This document shows, piece by piece, positions 22,786 to 32,519 of a DNA stretch of 45,141 nt; the first letter of the stretch is position 1; each line of letters starts with the position of its first letter. Under the pieces are notes generated by a model. That model was given only the letters and a program-made list of their open reading frames with translations, was not told the DNA's origin and made no database searches. Source of the stretch: a virus; IMG/VR virus record IMGVR_UViG_3300025598_000063; one strand, 5' to 3'. The position numbers and the translations under genes were made by a program.

Positions 22786-22799
22786 TTTAATCTCCTAGA

Positions 22800-25700
22800 T
22801 TACATACGATAAGCAACAAACGTGTTTGCTGCGGTTTTGAGGAACTTAAATGTGCCAGAGGATGTTGCCGCTACAGTCGCAACACCTACGATTGTAACGC
22901 CTGTTGCTGCGGTTACTGTAGCCGTACCAGAACCAGTATTGACTACGGTAAATTGAAGTGCGGTATTAGTCGCAATAGAACCTGCTGCATCTATATTTGA
23001 ACCTGTATCAAACGTCAGAGCCGCAGCAGAACCGGTATATTGGATCATTCCGGTTTGCAAGATTGCTAGTGTTAAAGTTGCAGCAGCAGATTTAGACGTA
23101 AGGCTTAATGGTTGCCATGTAGCTTTACCAGAATCTATTACTTGGAGGACGTTACCGTCACCATCAGACATTACTAGATAGTTAGATGCTGTGCGAATGT
23201 CTAGGCCGCCATTGTTTCCTGTGTAACCACCAATAATAGTATTTTTAGAACCAGTTGTAATTGCACCACCAGCACCGCCTGATATACCAACATCAACACC
23301 AACAAAAGTATTTTGTGTTCCAGTTGTTGCGTTTACTCCTGCGCCATCACCAACATAAGTATTTTTTGCGCCAGTAGTATTTGAATAGCCAGCATAACCA
23401 CCTAAAAATGTGTTTTGTGCGCTTGTTGTATTTGCATAACCAGCCAAGTAACCAAAAGCAGTTAATCTTGCACCTGTAGTATTACTATATCCAGCTTGAT
23501 AACCTACTGCTGTGCTGTTGGAGGCGGTGGTGTTTGAAGATAAAGCACCTACCCCTACACCCACATTTGAACCACCAGTAGTGTTAGAAGCTAATGCACC
23601 AGATATTGATGTTGTAGTACCACCTAATGCAGTATTGGCTGTGCCAGTTGTATTTTGCAATAAAGCATTTGCACCATAAGCGGTGTTTTCGCCAGTAGTA
23701 TTTGCTATACCAGCTTGGAAACCTACAAAAGTGGAATAACTACCAGTAGTGTTATAGCCAGCTTGACAGCCAGCAAACATAATTCCTGTACCAGTAGTAT
23801 TACTATACCCAGCTTGATACCCAACTGCTGTATTGTAAGATGCGGTGGTGTTGGATAAAAGGGCTTGTCGGCCAACGGCTGTGTTTGAATGGCCACTTGT
23901 GTTGCTAGTCAATGCAACAGTTCCGATTGCAGTGTTAGTTGCCCCTGTATTTACAAGTAAAGCCTGATAACCAAACGCAGTATTTTCTGAAGCCGTAGTA
24001 TTTGCGGCAAGAGCTTGATAACCAAAGGCAGTTGAGTAAGCGCCACTCGTATTAGCCGCCAAAGCACTAGCACCCACCGCAGTATTGCTTGAAACAGCAC
24101 CAGCACCCTTACCCACCGTCAGACCGCTAATAGATACGTCATTAGCTACTGTAAGGGTTGTGCCGTTAAATGTCAGGTTAGCCGAAGCTGTCTCTAACCC
24201 ACCTGTTGTAGTGTAGACAACACGCCCAGAGGTCAAGCCTGAGTTAGTGATAGAAGTGGCATTAACAGTACCGCCGGATTGGTTGGTCGCTGTGGTAGCA
24301 GTTGCAGCATTACCTCCGATAGACAATCCAGAAGCCGTACCCGTAATGTTAGTTCCAACCAATGCGCTAGGTGTACCCAATGCTGGTGTCACCAATGTTG
24401 GTGAAGTTGCCAACACCACATTACCTGTACCCGTACTGGACGTTAAAGTTGGTGCTTGAGCAGCCGATCCAGTTCCTGTTGAAGTAACAAATTGTGGTGT
24501 TGTAGTCGTATTGCCAGATAAGAAAGCGGTTGTAGAAGGTGCAGATTGATATTGAATTGCACCTGTTGTGCCGCTTGCTACGTTCGTTGCAGTTGTAGCA
24601 GTTCCTGCTGTGGCTACGTTTAAATTAGCAACTTGAGTCGTGCTTGAAACCACAAATGGAGCCGTTCCAGTTGAAACTGTACTTGTGATCTGACCTGACG
24701 CACTGACCGTGCTAAACGCTCCGGTAGTGGGAGTGGTTGCTCCAACTGTGCCGTTAATATTAATAGATGCAGTTCCGGTAAGGTTTGTAACCGTTCCGCT
24801 CGCCGGGGTTCCTAATGCTCCGTTGTAGAGTACAACTGCGCCCGCTGATCCGGTGTTAACTGCTAGAGCCGTTGCAACACCAGTACCAAGACCAGAAACG
24901 CCAGTTGATATTGGTAAACCCGTTGCATTAGTTAAAGTTGCAGAACTTGGGGTTCCTAATGCTGGTGTAACTAATGTTGGGCTTGTTGCTAATACTACGT
25001 TACCCGATCCTGTCGAACTGGTTAGCGTGGGGGCTTGTGCAGCCGATCCTGTACCTGTAGATGTATAGAAATTCGGTGTGGTAGACGTGTTGCCCGCTAA
25101 GAAAGTAGTCGTACCCGAACCCGATTGATAAGGCACTGAGCCATTAGCACCACCGGCTAAGTTAGTCGTAGTACCAATCACCAATGAAGATTGTGCCGTC
25201 CACTGCGGCGCAGTACCGCTCGATGTCAGCACATAGCCAGATGTACCAATCGTTAAAGCATTGAATGCAGAAGTGCCATTACCATAAGGCAATGCACCCG
25301 CAGCCAATGTAGTAATTCCCGTACCACCACGATTAACAGCAACAGTCGATCCATTCCATGTCGCAGAAGTAATCGAACCAGCATAATCCAATGTGTTGCT
25401 TGACCAAGAAACATTAGAAGGTGCTAGGTCGTGACGATCCCATGTTCCCGCAGCAGTTGCATTTGTAAGCAATACAACATTCGTATACGCACCAGAAGCC
25501 ACGGATACCACTAATGTATTTGAATTGTTGTTTACAGTAATCGCACCACTGGTTTGATTATTGTTAAACGAAAAAATCGCGCCATTCGGCAGCGTAGTTG
25601 CATCGGGCAACTTAATAACCTGTCCACCTGATCCGGTAACGGTATAAACAGGTGTCGATGAAGCCAATAATGTAATCTGTGTTCCTGATGCAGCAACACT

Positions 25701-26321
25701 TGTATAACCAGCAAAGAATGCGTTTGCAGTTATGTTTGCATTTGCATCGCGTAATACGTTTGAACTTGCACCTGTACTAACAGTGACACCAGAACCACCC
25801 GCAGAAACAGGCAGCGTTCCGGTAGTCAAAGCCGATGTGCTGGTCGCGTACACCGCACCACCGCTTGTAAAGGATGTCAGTCCTGTACCGCCATAACCCG
25901 TACCCAACGTACCGCCAAGCGTAATCGCGCCGGTCGTGGCTGAATTGGGTGTCAACCCTGTGCTGCCTCCGCTAAAGGAAGAAACCAAGGTTGAAGATAT
26001 TGTGGCCCATGTCGGAGAGCCAGTGCCGCCACTCACCAAATACTGCCCCGATGTTCCGGCGGCAGTATAGGCGGTGGTTCCGGTAGCACTTTGGTATACA
26101 ACTGTTCCCGCTGCGCCACCGGGCAAATTTCCCGCTGCGGTTGATGCAGAAGCTAATTTAGTAACCGTGCCACTACCGTTCTTGTAGAACAGAATGCCAT
26201 CAGCGTAATTGATCGCTAACTCTGCACCAGCAGAACTATTGGTCATATTAGAAGCTGAAGGCGTGTTACCAGTAGTACCACTGCCGTAAATTAGAATTTT
26301 GCTATAACCGGACTGAGCCAT
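22800..26321 (-). CDS. Large tail fibre / adhesin-like protein (1173 aa)
   Basis: Gly/Thr/Ser/Ala-rich. It shares the N-terminal motif (SGY..I.(L/I)Y...TG.TPSASN...ELA(I/L)N.ADGILFYK) and the GYGGTGLTSFTSGGAVYA module with the 671-aa protein. Residues ~735-1035 are periodic NT-A-x-G repeats. Confidence 0.8.
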   Translation of the reverse strand: MAQSGYSKILIYGSGTTGNTPSASNMTNSSAGAELAINYADGILFYKNGSGTVTKLASASTAAGNLPGGAAGTVVYQSATGTTAYTAAGTSGQYLVSGGTGSPTWATISSTLVSSFSGGSTGLTPNSATTGAITLGGTLGTGYGGTGLTSFTSGGAVYATSTSALTTGTLPVSAGGSGVTVSTGASSNVLRDANANITANAFFAGYTSVAASGTQITLLASSTPVYTVTGSGGQVIKLPDATTLPNGAIFSFNNNQTSGAITVNNNSNTLVVSVASGAYTNVVLLTNATAAGTWDRHDLAPSNVSWSSNTLDYAGSITSATWNGSTVAVNRGGTGITTLAAGALPYGNGTSAFNALTIGTSGYVLTSSGTAPQWTAQSSLVIGTTTNLAGGANGSVPYQSGSGTTTFLAGNTSTTPNFYTSTGTGSAAQAPTLTSSTGSGNVVLATSPTLVTPALGTPSSATLTNATGLPISTGVSGLGTGVATALAVNTGSAGAVVLYNGALGTPASGTVTNLTGTASININGTVGATTPTTGAFSTVSASGQITSTVSTGTAPFVVSSTTQVANLNVATAGTATTATNVASGTTGAIQYQSAPSTTAFLSGNTTTTPQFVTSTGTGSAAQAPTLTSSTGTGNVVLATSPTLVTPALGTPSALVGTNITGTASGLSIGGNAATATTATNQSGGTVNATSITNSGLTSGRVVYTTTGGLETASANLTFNGTTLTVANDVSISGLTVGKGAGAVSSNTAVGASALAANTSGAYSTAFGYQALAANTTASENTAFGYQALLVNTGATNTAIGTVALTSNTSGHSNTAVGRQALLSNTTASYNTAVGYQAGYSNTTGTGIMFAGCQAGYNTTGSYSTFVGFQAGIANTTGENTAYGANALLQNTTGTANTALGGTTTSISGALASNTTGGSNVGVGVGALSSNTTASNSTAVGYQAGYSNTTGARLTAFGYLAGYANTTSAQNTFLGGYAGYSNTTGAKNTYVGDGAGVNATTGTQNTFVGVDVGISGGAGGAITTGSKNTIIGGYTGNNGGLDIRTASNYLVMSDGDGNVLQVIDSGKATWQPLSLTSKSAAATLTLAILQTGMIQYTGSAAALTFDTGSNIDAAGSIATNTALQFTVVNTGSGTATVTAATGVTIVGVATVAATSSGTFKFLKTAANTFVAYRM

Positions 26322-26351
26322 TTGCGTTTTCTCTCAAAAGTAATATTGCTA

Positions 26352-28367
26352 TTAGAACGTACCGCCGGAAATTCCACCAGTGATCGCGCCAGTTGAAGCA
26401 TTGAACGTCAGACCGGAATTGATCTTAACAGCATTGTTACCCGATGTTGAGGTCACAAATGCAAGATAAGTCGTGGTATCTGCCGTGTCAGATGCAACAG
26501 ACACGTTCGCAGCATTGGTTGCATTGGTAACAGCAGTCGAACCGATTGCAGAAGCAATCTGTGATCCAGTTGCAGCAGAGAATGCAGATGTACCATTTCC
26601 GTAAACAACACCGGAGATGGTTGTAGCACCCGTACCGCCGTTGGATACAGCCAAAGTACCAGTTGCATTGTTGACAGGCACATTGGTAGCGTTGGTCAAA
26701 TCAACAGCACTTGGTGTACCAAGGTTCGGTGTGACCAAAGTTGCGCTGGTAGCCAATACCACGTTGCCAGAACCAGTGGTGCTGGTTGACGATGCGGAAG
26801 TCAACTGACCTTGAGCATTAACCGTGAAGTTACCAAGGGTGTAAGAACCAGCGGTAACTGCGGTATTGGTGATGGAGAACTGTGTACCGGTTAGGGTTAG
26901 ACCTGTACCAGCAGAGTAAGTACCTGCACCAGAGAACTGAGTGAAGGTAATTGCAGTTGTACCAATCGTTCCACCTGCGCCAACAGTGCTGACCCAGCCA
27001 GTGCTTGCGTTTGTTGTGCCGCTTTCAACAAATACAAATGCGCCGTCCACTTGCGCCCATGTATCCATGTCGGCAGTACGGGTCAGTACCCAATTGGAAG
27101 AACCCGAACCCAAAGTGGTAACAACGTAAATACCGTTATCAGCAGCAGCGGTTTGATTTTTAACCAAGATGCGATCACCAACCGATGCAGAGTAGCCATC
27201 AACAGAAAACGCAGCTTGTGAACCAGCATTGGTTAAGGTTGCGCCAACACCGGAAGTGCCGTTGTTGTAAGTTGCATTCAAGTTAACAGTGGTCGCAGCA
27301 GCTACAGAATCCTTCGCAGACAGACCTTGTGCAACAGAATCAACATACTGCTTGGTAGCTAATTGCAGTGCAGAGGTAGGATCTTGAGTAACGGTGACAG
27401 AGGTCAAACCAGCCAAGGTTAGTGAAGATGAACCCAATGTGATTGCGGTTGTACCAATCGTGACCGAATCATTAGCCAACTGTGAATTGCTGATCGTGCC
27501 AGACAAATCGGTTGTAGGAATGGTGGTCGATGCAGTAAATGCAGATGAACCATTGCCAATGATATAACCAGTGAAAGAAGTACCACCCGTACCGCCGTTG
27601 CTTACTGCCAATGTTCCGGTAGCCTGATTTACAGGTACGTTGGTTGCATTGGTTAAGCTAATTGCAGAAGGAGTGCCAAGGTTAGGAGTAACCAAAGTGG
27701 GGCTAGAAGCCAACACTAAGTCGCCTGTACCAGTTGCAGTGGTTGTGCCTGTACCACCAGCGGTGATCGGCAATGTACCAGTGGTCAGAACGGATGAGGA
27801 ACTTGCATAAACCGCACCACCAGAAGTGAATGAAGTTAAACCAGTACCACCGTAGCCTGTTCCTAAAGTACCGGTAACAGTAATTGCGCCTTGGGTGGGG
27901 GAGTTAGGCAATAAGCCAGTAGAACCAAAAGACAGGCTTGATACGGCAACGGACGATGCGTTGACGAAGGTAGGTGCTGACGAACCGTTGGACTTTAGAA
28001 TCTGTCCAGAAGTACCCGCAGAAGTAAATGCGTAAGCACTGCCATCGCCATAAGCCACTGCACCAGCGGTCGGAGTTGACGAACCGTTAGTACCACCATT
28101 GGCAATCGCCAAAGTGCCGCCAAGAGTGATCGCACCAGCCGTGGGTGATGAAGGGGTAAGACCGGTTGAGCCGCCGGAAAAGGTCGTTACGCCATTACCA
28201 CCGGCTTCTGCCAGAACTTGAACTACGCCGTTAGTATCTTTATAAAACAAAATACCATCGGCAATGTTCAGTGCTAACTCACCATTGACGAGGTTTGAAG
28301 CAGAAGGCGTTACGCCAGTGCTTGTGCTGTAATAAAGCTGAATGGGTGTATAACCACTTGCTGCCAT
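26352..28367 (-). CDS. Tail fibre protein (671 aa), paralogue of the 1173-aa protein
   Basis: Shares N-terminus and modules with the 1173-aa protein. It has an ATKQYVDS motif typical of fibre shafts and ends ...GGISGGTF. Confidence 0.75.
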   Translation of the reverse strand: MAASGYTPIQLYYSTSTGVTPSASNLVNGELALNIADGILFYKDTNGVVQVLAEAGGNGVTTFSGGSTGLTPSSPTAGAITLGGTLAIANGGTNGSSTPTAGAVAYGDGSAYAFTSAGTSGQILKSNGSSAPTFVNASSVAVSSLSFGSTGLLPNSPTQGAITVTGTLGTGYGGTGLTSFTSGGAVYASSSSVLTTGTLPITAGGTGTTTATGTGDLVLASSPTLVTPNLGTPSAISLTNATNVPVNQATGTLAVSNGGTGGTSFTGYIIGNGSSAFTASTTIPTTDLSGTISNSQLANDSVTIGTTAITLGSSSLTLAGLTSVTVTQDPTSALQLATKQYVDSVAQGLSAKDSVAAATTVNLNATYNNGTSGVGATLTNAGSQAAFSVDGYSASVGDRILVKNQTAAADNGIYVVTTLGSGSSNWVLTRTADMDTWAQVDGAFVFVESGTTNASTGWVSTVGAGGTIGTTAITFTQFSGAGTYSAGTGLTLTGTQFSITNTAVTAGSYTLGNFTVNAQGQLTSASSTSTTGSGNVVLATSATLVTPNLGTPSAVDLTNATNVPVNNATGTLAVSNGGTGATTISGVVYGNGTSAFSAATGSQIASAIGSTAVTNATNAANVSVASDTADTTTYLAFVTSTSGNNAVKINSGLTFNASTGAITGGISGGTF

Positions 28368-28385
28368 AATATTTCTCCTAATGGA

Positions 28386-29288
28386 TTAAAACGAACCGCC
28401 GGATAACCCGGATGTTGCGTTAAGAGTAGTGAAATAACCAGCGGCAGCGGTGGTTGCGCCAATAGTTGTTCCGTTGATAGAACCGCCTGTGATATTTAAA
28501 GAACTTGCGTTCTGTGTTGCCATGCTTCCCAAACCGGATACATCAGTATAAGGAATTGATGCTACTGCTGATAAGGGCGATGTTCCTGCCCCCTTTACAT
28601 ATCCGGTCAGACTGGCTGAACCGGTTCCACCATGAGCAACAGAAAGTTGCCCCGTAGTGACCTGTGACGCATCAATCGCTATATTCTGATTGACCGCGTT
28701 TGTAATTTGGCCTTGCGCATTAACGGTAATATTGGGAACCGTAGAAGTCGATCCATACGTTCCTGCGCCAACACCGGTATTGGTAATGCTAAATGTGGTT
28801 CCAGAAAGCGTTAAACCTGTTCCGGCAAAATAACTGCCACCCGCACCGCCTGATACCCATTGGAAACTTCCACCATCCCAAGACAGCAATGTATTGCTGA
28901 CAGTGGGAGCAGGGGCAAATGTGGATACATTCGCGCCCGCTTGAAATACAATCTGATTTGCCGCACCACCGTTGATTCCACTCGCAGTCGCTACGTTTCC
29001 ATTAGGAGTAACGTAATCTGTACCGGCAACGGCTGTGGTCAACGCGCCGTTCAAACCTTTTAAAACACCGCTGACCGAAGTGCTTAAAGTAATAATCGGC
29101 GCATTAGAAACAACCGTAAGCGTTCCGTTGAAACCATTGCGAGACAAAATCTGCAAAGGATCAAAGAGATGGCCTACCGTTGTTTGAAGTAGATTCTCAC
29201 CGTCCACCGTCATTACGGCAAGCGATGAACCAGAGATCGGTAGTGTCGCTGGGGCTAACTGATTGACATACGCATTCGATAAACTCAT
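28386..29288 (-). CDS. Tail fibre-related protein (300 aa), third paralogue
   Basis: Shares Y(F/S)AGTGLTL(S/T)GT.FSITNT.V.AG.Y...T.(I/F)TVNAQGQ(I/L)T with the 671-aa protein and ends ...GLSGGSF. Confidence 0.7.
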   Translation of the reverse strand: MSLSNAYVNQLAPATLPISGSSLAVMTVDGENLLQTTVGHLFDPLQILSRNGFNGTLTVVSNAPIITLSTSVSGVLKGLNGALTTAVAGTDYVTPNGNVATASGINGGAANQIVFQAGANVSTFAPAPTVSNTLLSWDGGSFQWVSGGAGGSYFAGTGLTLSGTTFSITNTGVGAGTYGSTSTVPNITVNAQGQITNAVNQNIAIDASQVTTGQLSVAHGGTGSASLTGYVKGAGTSPLSAVASIPYTDVSGLGSMATQNASSLNITGGSINGTTIGATTAAAGYFTTLNATSGLSGGSF

Positions 29289-29298
29289 GGTTCAGCCC

Positions 29299-29646
29299 TT
29301 AATTGGCGATCCAACTCAATGTATCGGAAGTATTCTGACCCAAAATGTAAATTACATTCGTATTCTGCACAGCAATCGTGACACTATTACCAGCCGCCAA
29401 AGCATAACCTGTAGAGGTTGTCACGTCAGATGCGCCGACATAGATTTTGCCAGTATTGGAAGCAGTTGCAGTAATTGTGATGCTGCGCACAATAGTATGA
29501 GAGGGTAGGGCAGTTGCAGTGGTGGTTACAGTGACTTGACCCGTCAAAATACCGAGGGGATTTGCTACAGGTGTTTGATCCGAAGCCCATACCACAGGCA
29601 TTGAATTCGCCATCGTTTCTTGTCCAAATTGAGAGGGTGCAGACAT
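29299..29646 (-). CDS. Hypothetical beta-rich structural protein (115 aa)
   Basis: ORF track; sits between the baseplate and fibre genes. Confidence 0.55.
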   Translation of the reverse strand: MSAPSQFGQETMANSMPVVWASDQTPVANPLGILTGQVTVTTTATALPSHTIVRSITITATASNTGKIYVGASDVTTSTGYALAAGNSVTIAVQNTNVIYILGQNTSDTLSWIAN

Positions 29647-29684
29647 GGATGGCTCCTATGAGAGATTTTCGATATTGTATCCGA

Positions 29685-30020
29685 TCAATATGCGATTGTG
29701 GCAGAGATTGGTGATCCTTGAAGCGTTACTGCGCTTACTGAATAAGATGGATAGGTTGCTGGGTTTCGAGTGATAACTAAACTGGAAAAATAAGGAGCAA
29801 AATAACTTTGTACCGAATTGACCGCTATTGTAGGAAACATTTGCGTTCTGACACTTTGTAATGCTGGAATGCCATTTCTTGAATAAAAAGGTGATTCGCC
29901 TTGATTTAACAATAAATTTTGCAATAAAGTCGTAAACCAGACATTTGAGTTATCACCGGTGGCAGCATCCGTTGCCACTTGTACCCAAGTTCCCGTACTG
30001 TCTCTTCCGTAGGTTCGCAT
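29685..30020 (-). CDS. Baseplate protein candidate (gpW-like position, 111 aa)
   Basis: Follows the gpV-like spike gene. Assigned by position only. Confidence 0.4.
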   Translation of the reverse strand: MRTYGRDSTGTWVQVATDAATGDNSNVWFTTLLQNLLLNQGESPFYSRNGIPALQSVRTQMFPTIAVNSVQSYFAPYFSSLVITRNPATYPSYSVSAVTLQGSPISATIAY

Positions 30021-30023
30021 CTT

Positions 30024-30626
30024 TTATCCTTGTGGCTTATCAGTCGTACTACCACCGCTTTGTACGCCGCCATGAACATGATTATCAAGAGAAATCCCGC
30101 CACCGACAACATCGCCCGATGCCGTGATTGTACCTTGTACTGTTACGTTTCCAATAATTGAGACACCCGAAGCGTTGACAGTTATTGATACCGTATTGTT
30201 AATATCGCGAATCACAACGGCATCCGGGCCATACAGCACCAATTGATTCTCATTAACCATCTGCCATGACATTTTGGAAATTGGTACGAATACCAATGCA
30301 GATAAACTACCCGGCGGCGTTAAATCAGGCACTCCAGAACCCAATCCTGTTAAACCACCCAGCAACGCATCTGCTGCTACACAAAAGCCTATGTCACCAA
30401 CTTGAATGGGTAGCCGTACATATTGTGACATTGCAATCGGAACTTCAATCTGTGGCAGAGTAAAGTAACTATTTACTTCAAAGTTGACAGTCACAAAACC
30501 GTTGTTGATGGCAACCACCGTACAAGGCAATGATTGCCCCATACGTCCAACCGTATCATTGGCAGTATGGATCGCCAACGTGTTGAGCGATTGTGCTAAC
30601 GGTACTTTTTGATTTAAATCGCTCAT
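30024..30626 (-). CDS. Baseplate central spike/hub protein (P2 gpV / Mu gp45-like), 200 aa from ATG 30626
   Basis: ATGA overlap with the upstream stop. OB-like LPIQVGDIGFCVAAD and a C-terminal GGGISLDNHVHGGVQSGGSTTDKP typical of gpV-type spikes. Confidence 0.6.
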   Translation of the reverse strand: MSDLNQKVPLAQSLNTLAIHTANDTVGRMGQSLPCTVVAINNGFVTVNFEVNSYFTLPQIEVPIAMSQYVRLPIQVGDIGFCVAADALLGGLTGLGSGVPDLTPPGSLSALVFVPISKMSWQMVNENQLVLYGPDAVVIRDINNTVSITVNASGVSIIGNVTVQGTITASGDVVGGGISLDNHVHGGVQSGGSTTDKPQG

Positions 30627-31591
30627 TCTTGTATCTGCACGGCATTGAAAATCGTACACCAGCTATTTCCATCGGGTTGCCGGTAATTTCCCGCGTGGCG
30701 TAACTGCGTGATTAAAAACTTATTTTGCATCAATGATGTTTGTTTAAATGCAGGATAACTTGCAGCCGTTTGTTTAAAAGCCGCTTCCGGCATCTTGATG
30801 TAAGTGTTCACACTCAAGTCCGATCGCAAAACAGTTTTAAAACTGATTGTTGAAAATGTTAGCCATGCGGGTTGACCAATTAAATCGTTATATTGCAAAG
30901 TTTTGATCGGTGTAATAACCGTTCCATCGTAAACATTGATCGTGGTCATGTCAGCGGATGGCGAAATCTGTACCCCTATGTATTTGTCATCTTTAATCGC
31001 ACGTTTGCTATATTCATAACATTTTGTCGCAAATGCTGTAAGCGACAATGCTGGAACATTTTGTGTTTCAGTCGCTCTTATGTTTTGACTGATATTGACA
31101 TTAATATTTGTTCCGGCTGGATAAGCAGTCTTTAACGCTTGCTCAATTGCCACGCTCAACTCTGTGCCTTTTGTCCAATTCAACACTAAGTTAAGCGGAT
31201 TGACTAGCTGACCATATATGACGAAAAAATCTAACGTCAGAACAGCGGCTTGATAGTTACCAATAGCTTGAAAAACCTGTCCTTTTAATATCACACCGGC
31301 TTGATTAGGATTGGCGAGGGGATACCCGCCCGCCGACATACCCGCTGACAAAAGAAAAAGTTGCCCATTGTAATTAGCCGCTTGCCCTATGTCATTTAAA
31401 CCCACGCCCCATACTCTGACGCTAGAACTTCCCAAAGGGGTTGCATAGTTAAATGCCGTAATATCAATCTCAATGTTTTGAGAGCCGGGATTAAACGATC
31501 CTTTTCGCGCACCGTTCAAATATAAAGATGACCATTGATTTAATATTCGACCATCGTCTTTACTGATAATCTGAAGATCGTAGTACCGCAT
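30623..31591 (-). CDS. Baseplate hub / tail protein candidate (322 aa)
   Basis: ORF track. ATG at 31591 overlaps the upstream TGA (TGATG). Assigned by position between the tape measure and the spike. Confidence 0.45.
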   Translation of the reverse strand: MRYYDLQIISKDDGRILNQWSSLYLNGARKGSFNPGSQNIEIDITAFNYATPLGSSSVRVWGVGLNDIGQAANYNGQLFLLSAGMSAGGYPLANPNQAGVILKGQVFQAIGNYQAAVLTLDFFVIYGQLVNPLNLVLNWTKGTELSVAIEQALKTAYPAGTNINVNISQNIRATETQNVPALSLTAFATKCYEYSKRAIKDDKYIGVQISPSADMTTINVYDGTVITPIKTLQYNDLIGQPAWLTFSTISFKTVLRSDLSVNTYIKMPEAAFKQTAASYPAFKQTSLMQNKFLITQLRHAGNYRQPDGNSWCTIFNAVQIQE

Positions 31592-31860
31592 CAACCAATC
31601 TCAAATTGTTGAAGCATCTGGCGATATACCAAAGGAGTTGTAAAATAACCTTGTGCTAGATTGATATTGTAATTTGCCGGTGAACCAATCAACGGTTGCG
31701 TAAATATTGTCACATTTTGATTGGTGATCAAAGTAATGTAATACCTCAATCCAAAAGCATTCCATGTGATGATTGCCGTATAAGTCACCCCATCTAATTC
31801 TGGAAAGAATTGGAAATTGGCGTTTGTTACAGGGGTAAAAGGAACAATCGTGATCGCCAT
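31591..31860 (-). CDS. Hypothetical tail protein (89 aa)
   Basis: ORF track; tightly packed after the 218-aa gene. Confidence 0.5.
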   Translation of the reverse strand: MAITIVPFTPVTNANFQFFPELDGVTYTAIITWNAFGLRYYITLITNQNVTIFTQPLIGSPANYNINLAQGYFTTPLVYRQMLQQFEIG

Positions 31861-31862
31861 AA

Positions 31863-32519
31863 TTACGGCCCTGTCCTTGGTGTCACGCTTGTCAAACCGG
31901 AATTCGTATCAGTACCCGCGATTACAAATCCTTTCTCCAATCTTGTGTAAAGCAGATTGGTTGCGATAGACGCTTGCTGTTGTGTGAGTAATGGCTGTAT
32001 AAAATCCCATTGATATATAGACTGCACCTGACGATCCTCAATGCTTGTAATGTCGCGCAACGAAGTGAGTAAACACGTTTGATAGACATAAGCAGGAGTT
32101 AAAATATCAAACGTACCGCCTTGTGCAACATGGTTTTGCACCTGAGTTTGCAAATTGCTCAAAATAGATTGCCGCGCTGAAAAACTGATTCCGTTGCTGG
32201 CAGGACACATCATCAATAAAGACACTTGCAGCGGTTGCGCAATACTGGCATTCGCAGCTATGACGCTGTTTGCGAAGGGATAGTTTGCAACTTGCCAGTT
32301 TGTTAGCATTGATCCCGGCACAGGTTTGAAATGCGCAAAAAAATTGTTTAATTGGTTTGACGATAAATAGGTTCCTGCACTATTTACGTTATTGAAATAA
32401 CCCGCTTCCAATAGGTTTGCAACAGGCATCGTGCCATCAGTCATGCCCTGCGCAATACCGTCTACAAAGAATATTGGCGATATTTCATACGCTAATTGAA
32501 AGTTTGTAAAATCACTCAT
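31863..32519 (-). CDS. Distal tail / baseplate-associated protein candidate (218 aa)
   Basis: Immediately downstream of the tape measure gene with a 4-nt overlap. Confidence 0.45.
   Translation of the reverse strand: MSDFTNFQLAYEISPIFFVDGIAQGMTDGTMPVANLLEAGYFNNVNSAGTYLSSNQLNNFFAHFKPVPGSMLTNWQVANYPFANSVIAANASIAQPLQVSLLMMCPASNGISFSARQSILSNLQTQVQNHVAQGGTFDILTPAYVYQTCLLTSLRDITSIEDRQVQSIYQWDFIQPLLTQQQASIATNLLYTRLEKGFVIAGTDTNSGLTSVTPRTGP

Noticed and set aside
24247-26808. Repeated segments in the fibre genes considered as template/variable repeats of a diversity-generating retroelement
   Set aside because: No reverse transcriptase or accessory gene exists anywhere in the genome. Differences between the copies are not confined to adenine positions as far as I can see. 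The antisense ORFs 24247..24459, 24853..25068 and 26617..26808 merely mirror the repeats.
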